Positions 32,883-43,031 are shown, counted from the stretch's first letter. The stretch: 64,000 bases of DNA from Microcystaceae cyanobacterium (GCA_041746575.1 JBGTGT010000085.1:1-64000); one strand, 5' to 3'. Notes: generated by a model not told the origin, from the letters alone. Numbers and translations: made by a program.

Positions 32883-33944
32883 TTGTATAGCTTTGAGCAG
32901 AAATACAGACGACTGCGGCAGGAATTAGTCGGGGGCATTTTAACCCTTGTGGGGGTGTTTGTCCTTGGCACAGTATGGTATCGCACAGTTGAAGGCTGGA
33001 CGTGGCTGGATGCGGCTTATATGACCACAATTATCCTTTCTACGGTCGGATATGGTGAAGCTCTTCCCCTTGATGAACACTCTCGATTATTTACCATCGG
33101 CCTCATTTTTATGGGATTGATTACCATTGGATATATCGTTAATCGGTTTACAGAGGCGTTAATTCAAGGTTATTTTCAAGAAGGCATTCGCATTCAACAG
33201 GAGAAACGTTTGATTGAAACCCTAGATCAACATTACATTGTCTGTGGTTTTGGGCGCACTGGTCGTCAGGTTTGCATCGAATTTCAAGCAGAAGGTATTC
33301 CTTTTGTTTTGATTGACTCCCAACCCGAACAAGTACTAGAAGCGAAACAGAAAGGTTATATCGTGATTCAGGGGGATGCTACCCTTGATGAATCCCTTCA
33401 TAATGCCAAAATTAGAAAAGCTATCTGTTTGGTAGCCGCTTTGACCTCTGATGCGGAAAATCTTTACACAGTTCTCTCGGCAAAGACTCTTAACCCCAAC
33501 ATTCGTGCCATTGCGAGGGCAAGTACAGAAGAGGCGGTACAGAAGTTACAACGGGCAGGGGCTGATGGGGTGGTATCTCCTTATATTACAGGGGGCAGAC
33601 GATTGGCGGCGGCGGCATTGCGTCCTCAGGTCATGGATTTTGTGGATGGGATTTTGACGGGGCGAGATCGGGCATTTTATATGGAAGAATTTTTAATTGA
33701 TCCGAAAAGCTGTCCCTGTGTCGGTCAGAGCTTACGAGAGGCCGGTTTACGCTCGTCTTCGGGGGCGTTGGTTTTGGCGATTCGTCGCGCCGATGGAATG
33801 TTAATTGGAGGGCCGACGGCGGATACTCATTTAATGTCGGGAGATTTATTGATTTGTATGGGAACGGCGGAACAATTGCGCATTCTCAACCAAATTTTAA
33901 GCCCGATTCATTCTTCTTCTTTAAGGCTACCGAAAAAGAAGTAA
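32883..33944 (+). CDS. Potassium channel protein with TrkA-N/TrkA-C (RCK) domains
   Basis: TVGYG selectivity filter and GFGRTG Rossmann motif. Confidence 0.92.
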   Translation: MYSFEQKYRRLRQELVGGILTLVGVFVLGTVWYRTVEGWTWLDAAYMTTIILSTVGYGEALPLDEHSRLFTIGLIFMGLITIGYIVNRFTEALIQGYFQEGIRIQQEKRLIETLDQHYIVCGFGRTGRQVCIEFQAEGIPFVLIDSQPEQVLEAKQKGYIVIQGDATLDESLHNAKIRKAICLVAALTSDAENLYTVLSAKTLNPNIRAIARASTEEAVQKLQRAGADGVVSPYITGGRRLAAAALRPQVMDFVDGILTGRDRAFYMEEFLIDPKSCPCVGQSLREAGLRSSSGALVLAIRRADGMLIGGPTADTHLMSGDLLICMGTAEQLRILNQILSPIHSSSLRLPKKK

Positions 33945-33965
33945 TTGGGCAATTGCCATTGTTAG

Positions 33966-34877
33966 TTATCGAGTTTTCAGTTGCTCTCGCAATGTTTGGG
34001 ATACTTTAAGTAAATTTTCTGACCAATTGGGGGCTAGATCATCAATAAAAATTACTTCTCCGTTAATTTCTTTGGCAATGGTTTTGGCATCGTTAGCATT
34101 GAATTGATATTGTGCAAAAATTACTTTTATATTCTCTTTTTGGGCTATTTTAATGAGGTTACCTAGTTCTAAGGCACTGGGTTCTTGTCCTCCCACTTCA
34201 ATGGGAATTTGTTCTAGGTTATAATCGTGGGCAAAGTACGTCCAAGCGGGATGAAAAACAATAAATTTACGGTTGGTTAGTCCTGCTAAATTTTGACGAA
34301 TTTGTTGATCTAATTGGTCAATTTCTGTTAAGAATTGGGTTAGATTGGTTTTGTAAACAGCTTCATGAGCGGGATCTAGTTGAACTAAGCCATCGTAAAT
34401 GTTTTTAGCTTGAATTTTGACTAATTCGGGAGACAACCATATATGAGGATCAGATTCCTCGTGATTTTTCTCATCTTCGTCATGGTGATGATGTTCGGCC
34501 ATCTCTAAGGGTTCAATGCCTTGAGCAGAATTAATAATCAGTATTTTAGGGTTAATTCCTTTAAATTTGTCCATCCATGCGCCTTCAAAGGGCATTCCTA
34601 CCGTAACGTAAGCTTCTGCTTGATTTAATGTCTTTAATTGTTGGGGTTTGGGTTCATAGATTTCGGCCGATGTTCCAGGCTCTACCATGACGTTAACATC
34701 TACGCGATCGCCCCCTATTTTTTTAACAAAATATTCTTGAGGCAAAATACTGACAGTAATGTCTAATTTTTGAGAATCTGCATTATTATCTGCAATATTT
34801 AGCTCATTAGAACGACATCCGATCAAAAAACTCGTTCCAAGTGCTACAGAGGCTAGAAAGATAAAGATTCGTTTCAT
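33966..34877 (-). CDS. znuA: Zinc ABC transporter substrate-binding protein
   Basis: Lipobox LIGC, His/acidic loop EHHHHDEDEKNHEE, DPHIWL and FHPAW motifs. Confidence 0.85.
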   Translation of the reverse strand: MKRIFIFLASVALGTSFLIGCRSNELNIADNNADSQKLDITVSILPQEYFVKKIGGDRVDVNVMVEPGTSAEIYEPKPQQLKTLNQAEAYVTVGMPFEGAWMDKFKGINPKILIINSAQGIEPLEMAEHHHHDEDEKNHEESDPHIWLSPELVKIQAKNIYDGLVQLDPAHEAVYKTNLTQFLTEIDQLDQQIRQNLAGLTNRKFIVFHPAWTYFAHDYNLEQIPIEVGGQEPSALELGNLIKIAQKENIKVIFAQYQFNANDAKTIAKEINGEVIFIDDLAPNWSENLLKVSQTLREQLKTR

Positions 34878-34892
34878 GGCTTTTGGCAATTT

Positions 34893-34907
34893 TGAGAATG
34901 ATTCCTA
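34893..34907. promoter_or_regulatory. Candidate Zur box upstream of znuA
   Basis: TGAGAATGATTCCTA, an imperfect 7-1-7 palindrome resembling TGATAATnATTATCA, just downstream of a minus-strand TATAAT. Confidence 0.55.
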
Positions 34908-35177
34908 TTATTATACCGAGTTAGGTTGACTCTTGCCATAGCACTACCTCCTAGAAGATTTGACTCATTAAAGGCTCGCACGCCCTTCATTCTATGGGTT
35001 TTGATTTTTTATTTTTCCGAGTGCGTCTAGCTATCCTCGTGAGACAGGGGGCAACTCGTATTTCTACTTCAATTTTTAACGACATTAAGGGTCGGATTAA
35101 ATAGGGTTTTACTCTTCTAAGAAGCCAAGCAAAATTTTGTTAAGAAGCAAAAAGTAATTCAATAATTTTTTATCAAT

Positions 35178-35630
35178 TTAACTTATATTTTCGCATTCTT
35201 TTCGAGTCACTTGATGACGATACTCAAACATATTTTCCAAGCGAGAATTGACCCACCACCCTAAAAGAAACTCTGCTATCCATCCCCCCGGTAATTCATA
35301 ATTAATATGGTCACTCAGGTAAGTTTTGCCTGATTCTGGGGTAAATTCATGGCGATGAATCCATGATTCTAAGGGGCCTTCAACTTGCTTATCGACAAAT
35401 AAAGTGGGGACTTCGCATTCAATGTGATAAGCTAACCAACGAACAGGAATAAAGCCTAATAATAAGCGAAACTCAGTGACTGCACCGACCTCCAATCCTC
35501 CTTCCCGTCGTACAATTTGAACAGGTTGCCAAGGAGGGGTTAATAATTGCATAATATCGGGACGTTCATGGAATTGCCAGACAGTTTCTATCGGGGCATT
35601 AATGAGAGTGGTTCGTTTAAAGTTTAACAT
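35178..35630 (-). CDS. SRPBCC family protein
   Basis: INAPIETVWQFH, LTPPW and FVDKQVEGP...WIHRHEF motifs. Confidence 0.85.
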   Translation of the reverse strand: MLNFKRTTLINAPIETVWQFHERPDIMQLLTPPWQPVQIVRREGGLEVGAVTEFRLLLGFIPVRWLAYHIECEVPTLFVDKQVEGPLESWIHRHEFTPESGKTYLSDHINYELPGGWIAEFLLGWWVNSRLENMFEYRHQVTRKECENIS

Positions 35631-35858
35631 CGTTTTCTATTTAGGTTTCTAGTTGATTGATGGATCATCATTGAATTCGTCTTCATCAACTTTTCTAAGC
35701 GATCGCTGTCTTCATTAAAGAGTCAACGAATCGGATCAATAAGGGGAAGTTCTTTTCTTGATTGCATAATAATTATAAATGATCAATCGTGAATGTAAAT
35801 AACGACAGGTAAATCCTTGCATTGTAATGGTTTATTTGGCAGTTTTTCTACATTTTAA

Positions 35859-36692
35859 TCAATCACGCTTTACCCCAAGTTGATGATAATTCACTAAAAT
35901 AAATCCTTGCTCTGAGACACAATCTTTTACCTTAGGACTTATGAGCGCATCTAATTCTAGTTGTCCTGAATGAATCGCAGGATGACTATAAATTTCAATT
36001 TCATTCTCTTGAATTTGCGGTATTAATCCTAAGAGATAATCTTCAGTTAGATTGCCTGTTTCTAAGAGTCCATAAACACGAGAAAGATAGGATGTATTTT
36101 TAGTCTTTAAAGCCCTTTCCCCATGACGACGTAAAGCGGTAAAAACCTTTGACCAAAGAAATTTTCGCCCTAGATTTTCCGAGTTTAACTTTAAAGTAAA
36201 GCTTAATTCTTCGTAAGGAAAACGAATATAATGAATTGAAAATTCTTCAGCGAATTCGCTTAAAATCTCTAAAATAACAGGATGCACATGAAGATGTAAA
36301 TGACCGTCAACATGGGATAACTTTAAGCCTGTTTGTTGAAATTTCTTTAATTGGGCATAAATTTCTAATCTTAATTCTGCTCTTGCTTTCCGATTAAATT
36401 GATAGCGTAAACCGGCATGAAACGCATTCTGTAAAAAATAGCCTTTTTCATTGACTAAATGAGGAATTCTGTCGTGAGAAAGTACCGATTTTCCGCAGAC
36501 TAAAACTAAATGTAATCCGACTCCCAAGTTGGGATTTTCGTGGGCTTTTTGTACCGCATCTTGCCAAGAATCTTCTGCGACCATTAAGCTTGTACTGGTT
36601 AAAATTCCCTGCTGATGGGCTTGAATCATTCCCATATTAACAGACAAAGAAAGACCAAAATCATCCCCATTTATCACTAAATATCGAGTCAT
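35859..36692 (-). CDS. hpnK: ChbG/HpnK (YdjC) family deacetylase, hopanoid-associated HpnK-like
   Basis: NGDDFG, GLHL, HVDGHLHLH and EIYSHP motifs. Confidence 0.75.
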   Translation of the reverse strand: MTRYLVINGDDFGLSLSVNMGMIQAHQQGILTSTSLMVAEDSWQDAVQKAHENPNLGVGLHLVLVCGKSVLSHDRIPHLVNEKGYFLQNAFHAGLRYQFNRKARAELRLEIYAQLKKFQQTGLKLSHVDGHLHLHVHPVILEILSEFAEEFSIHYIRFPYEELSFTLKLNSENLGRKFLWSKVFTALRRHGERALKTKNTSYLSRVYGLLETGNLTEDYLLGLIPQIQENEIEIYSHPAIHSGQLELDALISPKVKDCVSEQGFILVNYHQLGVKRD

Positions 36693-36824
36693 TCGAGAAG
36701 TTTATTAAGCTCAGTTGCTTAAAATTATAGTAAATTTAACCTTTTTGGAAACACCCAAAGACCACGATTCTTGCTATTGTTAAGAGTAAGACTGTGTTAT
36801 CTAGGCTTCACCTAATAAAAAACG

Positions 36825-37892
36825 ATGAATGATGCTAAGAGAAACCGAAATCTCATAATTTTAATGTGCGTCCTTGTCCTAGTAGGTTCTATTGGCTGTT
36901 TAGTTGAAATGAGAGCCGCTAATCTCCAAAAAGCAGAACTCCAGCAGGGACTCGTCGGAAAAATGACCGAATCTTCCGTTACGGGGGGACGCGCCCGAGG
37001 AGGGTCTTTTGATCGTCCCTCTGCACCCTCTGCACCTTCTGATTTTGGGCGAAGTCGTCCGATTCCAAGAGATTATGGCAGAGATTACGATTATTATAGT
37101 CCTCGTCCTTCCTATCCTCGCGGAGGTCGAGTGATCGTACCTGTTCCTGCTCCTTATCCCAATTATGCGCCGACACCGAGTTATTATGGAACCGATGGGG
37201 GAGCTGGAATTAGCTTAATTTTCTTACTCTTAGTGCTGGGTTTCTTTGTTTTACCGATTATTTTGAACTTTATTAAGCTTAAATCCGTTAGTTCTCCTAA
37301 CGGTTACAGTAGCGGCAGTGAATTGACCAATGATGTGGTCACTGTTAGTCAAATTCAAGTAGCGTTACTCTCGCAAGCACGCGCCTTACAAGGGGAATTA
37401 GAAAAAATTGCCGCTCGGTCAGATTTGGATACCCAAGCTGAATTAAACCAAATGTTGCAGGAAACAGCCTTAACGTTGCTTCGTTATCCTGAATACTGGT
37501 CTTATGCCAAGGTTAATTCCAAAACTTTGCCCAGTCGAGAACAGGCGGCACAATTTTTTGAACAATTATCGATTCAAGAACGGACGAAGTATAAAACGGA
37601 AACCTTTGTTAACATCGGTGGACAAGTCCATCGTCAAAGTGTGACCCTTCCTCAAGAGGGCGATGATTATTACATTGTTGTGACGCTTTTAGTAGGAACG
37701 GCGGATGATAAACCCATTGTTGGTATAGTTCACTCGGTAGATGAACTAAGAGCCGCTTTACAACGTCTAGCTTCGATTAGTAATGATTACTTACTGATCT
37801 ATGAGTTAGTTTGGTCACCGCAAGATGCGTCCGATAGCTTATCTTCTGACCAATTGTTAGCCAGTTATCCCGACTTAATGTTAATAGGGTAA
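36825..37892 (+). CDS. DUF1517 family protein
   Basis: GGRARGGSF motif, Pro/Tyr-rich linker, TM helix, QVALL...LLRYPEYW...ER.K...ET and W.PQ motifs. Confidence 0.85.
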   Translation: MNDAKRNRNLIILMCVLVLVGSIGCLVEMRAANLQKAELQQGLVGKMTESSVTGGRARGGSFDRPSAPSAPSDFGRSRPIPRDYGRDYDYYSPRPSYPRGGRVIVPVPAPYPNYAPTPSYYGTDGGAGISLIFLLLVLGFFVLPIILNFIKLKSVSSPNGYSSGSELTNDVVTVSQIQVALLSQARALQGELEKIAARSDLDTQAELNQMLQETALTLLRYPEYWSYAKVNSKTLPSREQAAQFFEQLSIQERTKYKTETFVNIGGQVHRQSVTLPQEGDDYYIVVTLLVGTADDKPIVGIVHSVDELRAALQRLASISNDYLLIYELVWSPQDASDSLSSDQLLASYPDLMLIG

Positions 37893-38124
37893 GTTGTCGT
37901 CCATCCCATCATTCAGTTTAAAATCTCATTTTTGATTGCCCCTTCTGCTATGGGTGGAGGGGGTTAATTTTTGGATGAATTAACCATCAATAATAATTGC
38001 GTAACAGCTTATTTAATTTTATTAAGACTTACTCAATCTTCTCCGACTTAACCCTTCAGAAGATTAGCATTGAGATAGTTAAGAACTGGCCTATCCCATT
38101 TTTTGAGAGGAAGGAATCAAAGGA

Positions 38125-38916
38125 ATGCAGAAAACACCAATCGCAAAATGGGTCATTCTTGCCCTAGCCGGAGGAGGGTTATTATTATTCTTAGGTCGTC
38201 TCATTCCGACACGCTTTGTTGATAATGGTCAAAATCTCGTGGTTTTTTCGTGGTTTGAGGGGGTTAAGCCCCAATCTCTTGAACCCGGTTTTCACCTTGT
38301 CACTCCCATTGTTACCTCAACTTACCCGTTTGATGTCAAAACCCAAGCCTTAACGTGGAAAGATGAAGATTCAGCCGCTTACGGCGCAAGATTAGTCGCT
38401 TTATCCCAAGATGGTCAAGAAATTCGCAGTGAAGTTACCTTACAGTTTCGGGTCGTTGATGCACCCAAAGTATTTAATACTCTTGGACTAGAATATATTG
38501 ACCGCATTGCTCCGATTGTTCGCTCGGTGATTATCTCAGAAACAGCTGCCTTTTCAGCGCAAGACCTTTATTCAACCAAAAGACCGATTCTTCAAGCGCA
38601 AATTCGTGAAAAATTAGTCAATTATCTTGAACCTTTCGGTATTTCCGTCCTAGATTTGTTGCTCAGAGATGTCTCCTTTGATCCTGATTTTGTGCAAGCG
38701 ATTGAAGCAAAAACTATTGCAGAAAATCAATTAGCTCAAAAATCATTTGAAATTGAGCAAGCTAGACAAGATGCACGCACAACTATCGCCCAAGCTGAGG
38801 CAGACGCAGGAAGACTTAAAGCCAAAGCCAATGCACTCACCAATAATCCTCAATATTTAGATGTGATTAAGGCCGGCGTTTACGGCAAAACCTTAGATGT
38901 CTTAGTGACTAAATAG
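38125..38916 (+). CDS. SPFH/prohibitin (band 7) family protein
   Basis: N-terminal TM, LEPGFH, SQDGQ and AIEAK motifs, then a coiled coil. Confidence 0.88.
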   Translation: MQKTPIAKWVILALAGGGLLLFLGRLIPTRFVDNGQNLVVFSWFEGVKPQSLEPGFHLVTPIVTSTYPFDVKTQALTWKDEDSAAYGARLVALSQDGQEIRSEVTLQFRVVDAPKVFNTLGLEYIDRIAPIVRSVIISETAAFSAQDLYSTKRPILQAQIREKLVNYLEPFGISVLDLLLRDVSFDPDFVQAIEAKTIAENQLAQKSFEIEQARQDARTTIAQAEADAGRLKAKANALTNNPQYLDVIKAGVYGKTLDVLVTK

Positions 38917-38925
38917 GAGAAATTC

Positions 38926-39825
38926 ATGCAAAATGCAAAAATAATCACTATTCTCATCATTTCTGCCGTTTTACTAGCTATTTTTAATATTGTTTTCAAA
39001 ACCCTTACTTATGTTACGCCTCCCGGTCACGCAACGGTGATTTTTAATACGCTCAGTGGATTACAAAAAGATAGAGTAGAAAAACCGGGGATTACCTTCC
39101 TCAAGCCCTTTGTAGATCGCCCAATCACCTATAATGTTCGCACGAAGGTTTGGAGTTTTACCAATGAAAATGCGGCTAATCGGGCAGGGACAGCAATTAC
39201 GGTTAATAGTGCTGACGGCCAAGCCTTTGATATGGATGTTTACCTTGCCTTACGCCCTAATCAATCAACCCTCGACGAGTTACATGGACAAGTAGGGGAA
39301 AATTACATGAATACGGTAGTTGTTCCCGTCGCAAGGTCAAAAATTCGGGATATTTCGGCAGAATTTTCTTCAAAAGATTTTTATCAACAGGAAAAACGAG
39401 AATTAATTGCCCAACAAGTCACCGCCTTAATTTCTAAAGAAATGCCCGTGGGGGACAATCAAGGTCAAACCATCCCTTTAATCGAGATTGAAGGTGTTTT
39501 CTTAGGAACACCGAATTTTCCTCAAGGTTTAAAGGATTCTATTGAACGTAAACAAGTCGCTTCAATTACCGCACAAACGGCCTCAGTCAAAGCAGAAATT
39601 CAACAAAAAGAAACAGAAAGAGTCTTAATTCTAGCCAAAGCGGATCAAAAAGCCATTGAATTAAAAGGACAGGCGGCGGCGGCAAATGCCAAGTTAGCAG
39701 ATTTATTGTTATTTGAAAGCCTTGAACAACGAGTGGCCGATTTAAAAGTAATACGAATTGAAGGCGATTCAACGGTTTTTCTCAATATTGACCCGAAACA
39801 AGTCGCTGTTACCCAAGAAAAATAA
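38926..39825 (+). CDS. SPFH/prohibitin (band 7) family protein
   Basis: N-terminal TM, PGITFLKPF, SADGQ and SIERKQVA motifs, then a coiled coil. Confidence 0.88.
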   Translation: MQNAKIITILIISAVLLAIFNIVFKTLTYVTPPGHATVIFNTLSGLQKDRVEKPGITFLKPFVDRPITYNVRTKVWSFTNENAANRAGTAITVNSADGQAFDMDVYLALRPNQSTLDELHGQVGENYMNTVVVPVARSKIRDISAEFSSKDFYQQEKRELIAQQVTALISKEMPVGDNQGQTIPLIEIEGVFLGTPNFPQGLKDSIERKQVASITAQTASVKAEIQQKETERVLILAKADQKAIELKGQAAAANAKLADLLLFESLEQRVADLKVIRIEGDSTVFLNIDPKQVAVTQEK

Positions 39826-39869
39826 GATTGCAATTTTCCTCAATTTCTATTAATCTCGATAAACCCCCT

Positions 39870-41552
39870 CTAAAGCGGAAACATAAAAACGGCAAGAACA
39901 CCCAATACACCTGCAAATCCTAAATATAGAGCGACAGGTAAGAGCAATTGACGGAGCAAAATGCCCTCACGACCGATTAAACCCACTGTCGCCACCGCAG
40001 GAACAATATTGGCAACTGCAATAATATTGCCGGCTGTTGCGCCGACACATTGCAACGCTAAGATCACAGATGCGGATACACCAATTTGTTCAGCTACCCC
40101 AAATTGAAACAGAGAAAACATGATATTGCTGACAGTGGCACTGCCAGATACAAAAGTCCCTACCATACCAATCACAGGGGCAAAAAATGGCCAGACTTGA
40201 CCTAATAGAGTGGAAACACCCTCAGCTAACGTTAACGGCATACTCAACAGTCCTGACGTGTTGATGCCAGAATTAATAAAAACCTTAGCCGTGGGTATGG
40301 ATGCACCGATCGCCAAAGCCGTTCCCACTAACTTTTGTGCCGCTCCTGTGATGGCTCGTTCCATCTGTTTTACTTGCATTCGATGCAAGAAGTAAGTAAT
40401 GATTACCACTACGATAAAGATAGTTGCCGGTAGAAAAAGGGGTTGTATTGAAGCACTAAGCTCTGTCCCCAAAATGCGGGGAAAGCGGATTTGAACCGAT
40501 TGTAGCCATTGACGTAACGGTAGAAAGCGGAAGCGAGAAAGGGCTAGAATAACCCCTAACAAGAGATAGGGTGTCCAAGCCTTAAAGGCTGTCATAGGGA
40601 CAGTAGAGAGAGGTACATCAGCAATATTATCGCTAGACGTTCCCGACCAAGCCAGTGGCCACTGAGTGCGCTCCGGAAAATCCTAAGGCCTCTTTGGTTT
40701 AAGAAATCCGGCTTTGGCAGCGGGAATAACGATGACTAATCCCACCAAACTACCAATAATAGAGGGAAACTCTGGGCCAATAAAAAAGGCCGTCAGGACA
40801 AAAGGAATTGCAAAAACCAGTCCAGCAAAGAGAGCAAACCCAGCCGCCGGTAAGGCATCTCGCCACGATTGACGTTCTCCAAAATAGGCAGTCATGACCA
40901 TAATTAACAACAGTGGCATGAAAATACCGATTATCCCTTGAATGAAGCCGAGCTTAGCACTAATTAAATCTAGATAAGTGGTAAGATCCAAACCTAAGCG
41001 GTTGATTTCCTGCTGAACTGCCTTAATACCATCTAAACCATTATTAAGACCAATAATGATCGGTGTTCCTACTGCTCCAAAGGCAGAGGGCGTGCTTTGA
41101 ATAATTAGGGCAGAGATAACAGCGGCGACGGCTGGGAAACCGATGGCAACCAACAACGGCACCACAATGACGGGTGTACTGCCAAAACCTGAAGCTCCCT
41201 CGATAAAACTGCCAAAGAGCCAAGCAATTAGGATTACTTGAACGCGGCGATCGCTAGAAATGCCTAACAATCCTTGGCGAATTTTACTCATGGCACCCGA
41301 CTCTTGCAAGGTATTAAGTAACAAAATCGCCCCAAACACGATATAGAGAACTTCTAGGGTGACGAGCAATCCCTGTACTGTTGAAGCCGCAATGTGAATA
41401 AAGGATACCTTCCAGATGAGCGAAGCGATCACAACTGTCACTAGGTAAGCGATCGGCATTGCCTGAGTCGCTGGACGATTAGCCACTACAAGGAGCAGAA
41501 AAGCCGTCAAAATAGGCGCAAATGCCAGTAATGAGTAGATAGCGAGGTTCAT
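39870..41552 (-). pseudogene. lctP: L-lactate permease (LctP family) interrupted by an in-frame TAG
   Basis: The two ORFs are in the same frame: ...FLKPKRP*DFPERTQWPLAWSG...MTAFKAWTPY. FIEGASGFG, GPEFPS and SGSATVSN motifs are present. Confidence 0.88.
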
Positions 41553-41667
41553 GTTTTTATCTCTGAGAAGATACTGCCCTGCAAATACCTATTTTGATAA
41601 CACAAGCTCATTGTCTGTGCAACTTAGATATTTTTCATTCATTTTGAGAAAATGAGGGATGACTTCC

Positions 41668-42066
41668 CTAACCTGCCCACGCTTTGAGTAACCAACCGAC
41701 TAAAACCCCTATTCCTCCAAATCGGACAATTTGCCAAAATAATCCTGCTAAAAAGACTTGACGAATCGCTTCAAAAAACAGCTGTCTTGATTGCTGACTT
41801 GAGAGAAGTTCACTTTCTAAAATTATTTTTAACTCGTCTAATTGCTCTTGCAGTCTTTCAAGTTGACTGTGTAATTCAGATAACTGCGTTTTCTCCCATT
41901 CTTGTTGAATTTGTTGTTGTTTATTTTCAATTTGTTCCTGTTGTTGACGAGCATCTTGAATTTGTTGATAACGCTGTTTTAATTGCGCCAATGTTTGTTC
42001 CGTTTTTGCTAAATCTTTCAAGAAATCTAATTCAGATTCGGCAGCAGGGGAGGGAGTATCGCTCAT
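41668..42066 (-). CDS. Coiled-coil protein with C-terminal TM segment (cyanobacterial hypothetical)
   Basis: Q/E-rich heptads, LESEL and FWQIVRFGGIGVLVGWLLK. Confidence 0.75.
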   Translation of the reverse strand: MSDTPSPAAESELDFLKDLAKTEQTLAQLKQRYQQIQDARQQQEQIENKQQQIQQEWEKTQLSELHSQLERLQEQLDELKIILESELLSSQQSRQLFFEAIRQVFLAGLFWQIVRFGGIGVLVGWLLKAWAG

Positions 42067-42183
42067 TGTTAATGAATCAAGGAACTTAAGTTAGAGATTC
42101 CTCCAGAATAGCGGTTTTTGGAGAATCCCGTCAAGAATATCAAAACCCGTCAATTTTTTGATATTTTGGGTTACCTTATATTA

Positions 42184-42379
42184 ACGTGAGTTCGACAATC
42201 AGAAAATCTACGAGACTTCTTTCTTTAATTTTTTTGTGCAGGGGGTGCGAGGGAGGCACTCCGTCCCCCGTTGGGGGGTTTGGGGGGCTAGTCCCCCAAT
42301 CAAGAATTTGTTTTTCTTTTCCTAATTCCAATGAGAATGGACAAAAGGATTGAGATAATTGCCCTCGTCGAACTCACGT
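42184..42379. mobile_element. MITE copy 1 (196 bp)
   Basis: 13-bp TIR ACGTGAGTTCGAC...GTCGAACTCACGT flanked by the direct repeat TATATTA; near-identical inverted copy at 51683-51880. Confidence 0.9.
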
Positions 42380-42438
42380 TATATTACTGATTTTAAGGGA
42401 TGATCTCCCTTATCAGCTTAATTAATTAAAATGCAAAA

Positions 42439-42672
42439 CTAAAAGGAATTTTGCGTTTCTTCCTGTACTCGTTCTTGCATGGATTCTTGTCGATTGAGTT
42501 CATCTTGTCGTTGTTCGGTTATTAAATCTCTAGCTTTAGCGTTTTGCATAGGAACTGAATTTTGCATCTTTTGAATTTCCGCTTCAGTCCGACTGAGCAT
42601 GGTATCTTCTTGGTGTTCATCTTGATGTCTTTGTTCCGTCATTTGCTGACGAATTTGTTCTTGGGTACTCAT
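42439..42672 (-). CDS. 77-aa acidic protein with two IF7/GifA-like repeats
   Basis: AGGAG SD; MSTQEQIR...MLSRTEAEI and KARDL...NRQESMQER resemble the N-terminus of glutamine synthetase inactivating factor IF7. Confidence 0.7.
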   Translation of the reverse strand: MSTQEQIRQQMTEQRHQDEHQEDTMLSRTEAEIQKMQNSVPMQNAKARDLITEQRQDELNRQESMQERVQEETQNSF

Positions 42673-42869
42673 GAAATATTGCTCCTATTGCTTTAATTAC
42701 AGTTTAGAAAAATTCGCTTAATTTTATCTCGACCTATAGCAGAAAATTGTTTATTCCTTAAGAGAGAAAATCTTTTTTTGCAGATTTCTACCTACAGATT
42801 GAGCGAAATTAAAAGAAAAATTGTTAAAGTTTGACCAGTATAGTCATTATTTGAAGGAACTGGTTAAAT

Positions 42870-43031
42870 ATGCAACAGTATATTTGTGAAGTTTGTGGTT
42901 ATATCTACGACCCTGAACAAGGCGATCCTGACTCTGATATTCAACTCGGTACACCTTTTGAAGAAATTCCTGAAGACTGGTCTTGTCCTCAGTGTGGCGC
43001 GGACAAATCTCAATTTAAACCCCCAGAATAA
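42870..43031 (+). CDS. Rubredoxin (soluble, 53 aa; missing from ORF track)
   Basis: [53 protein letters not shown], two CxxCG motifs, GAAGGA SD. Confidence 0.95.
   Translation: MQQYICEVCGYIYDPEQGDPDSDIQLGTPFEEIPEDWSCPQCGADKSQFKPPE

Noticed and set aside
35635..35770. Possible gene stump on the minus strand containing a HIP1 site
   Set aside because: Early stop and no recognisable family motif.
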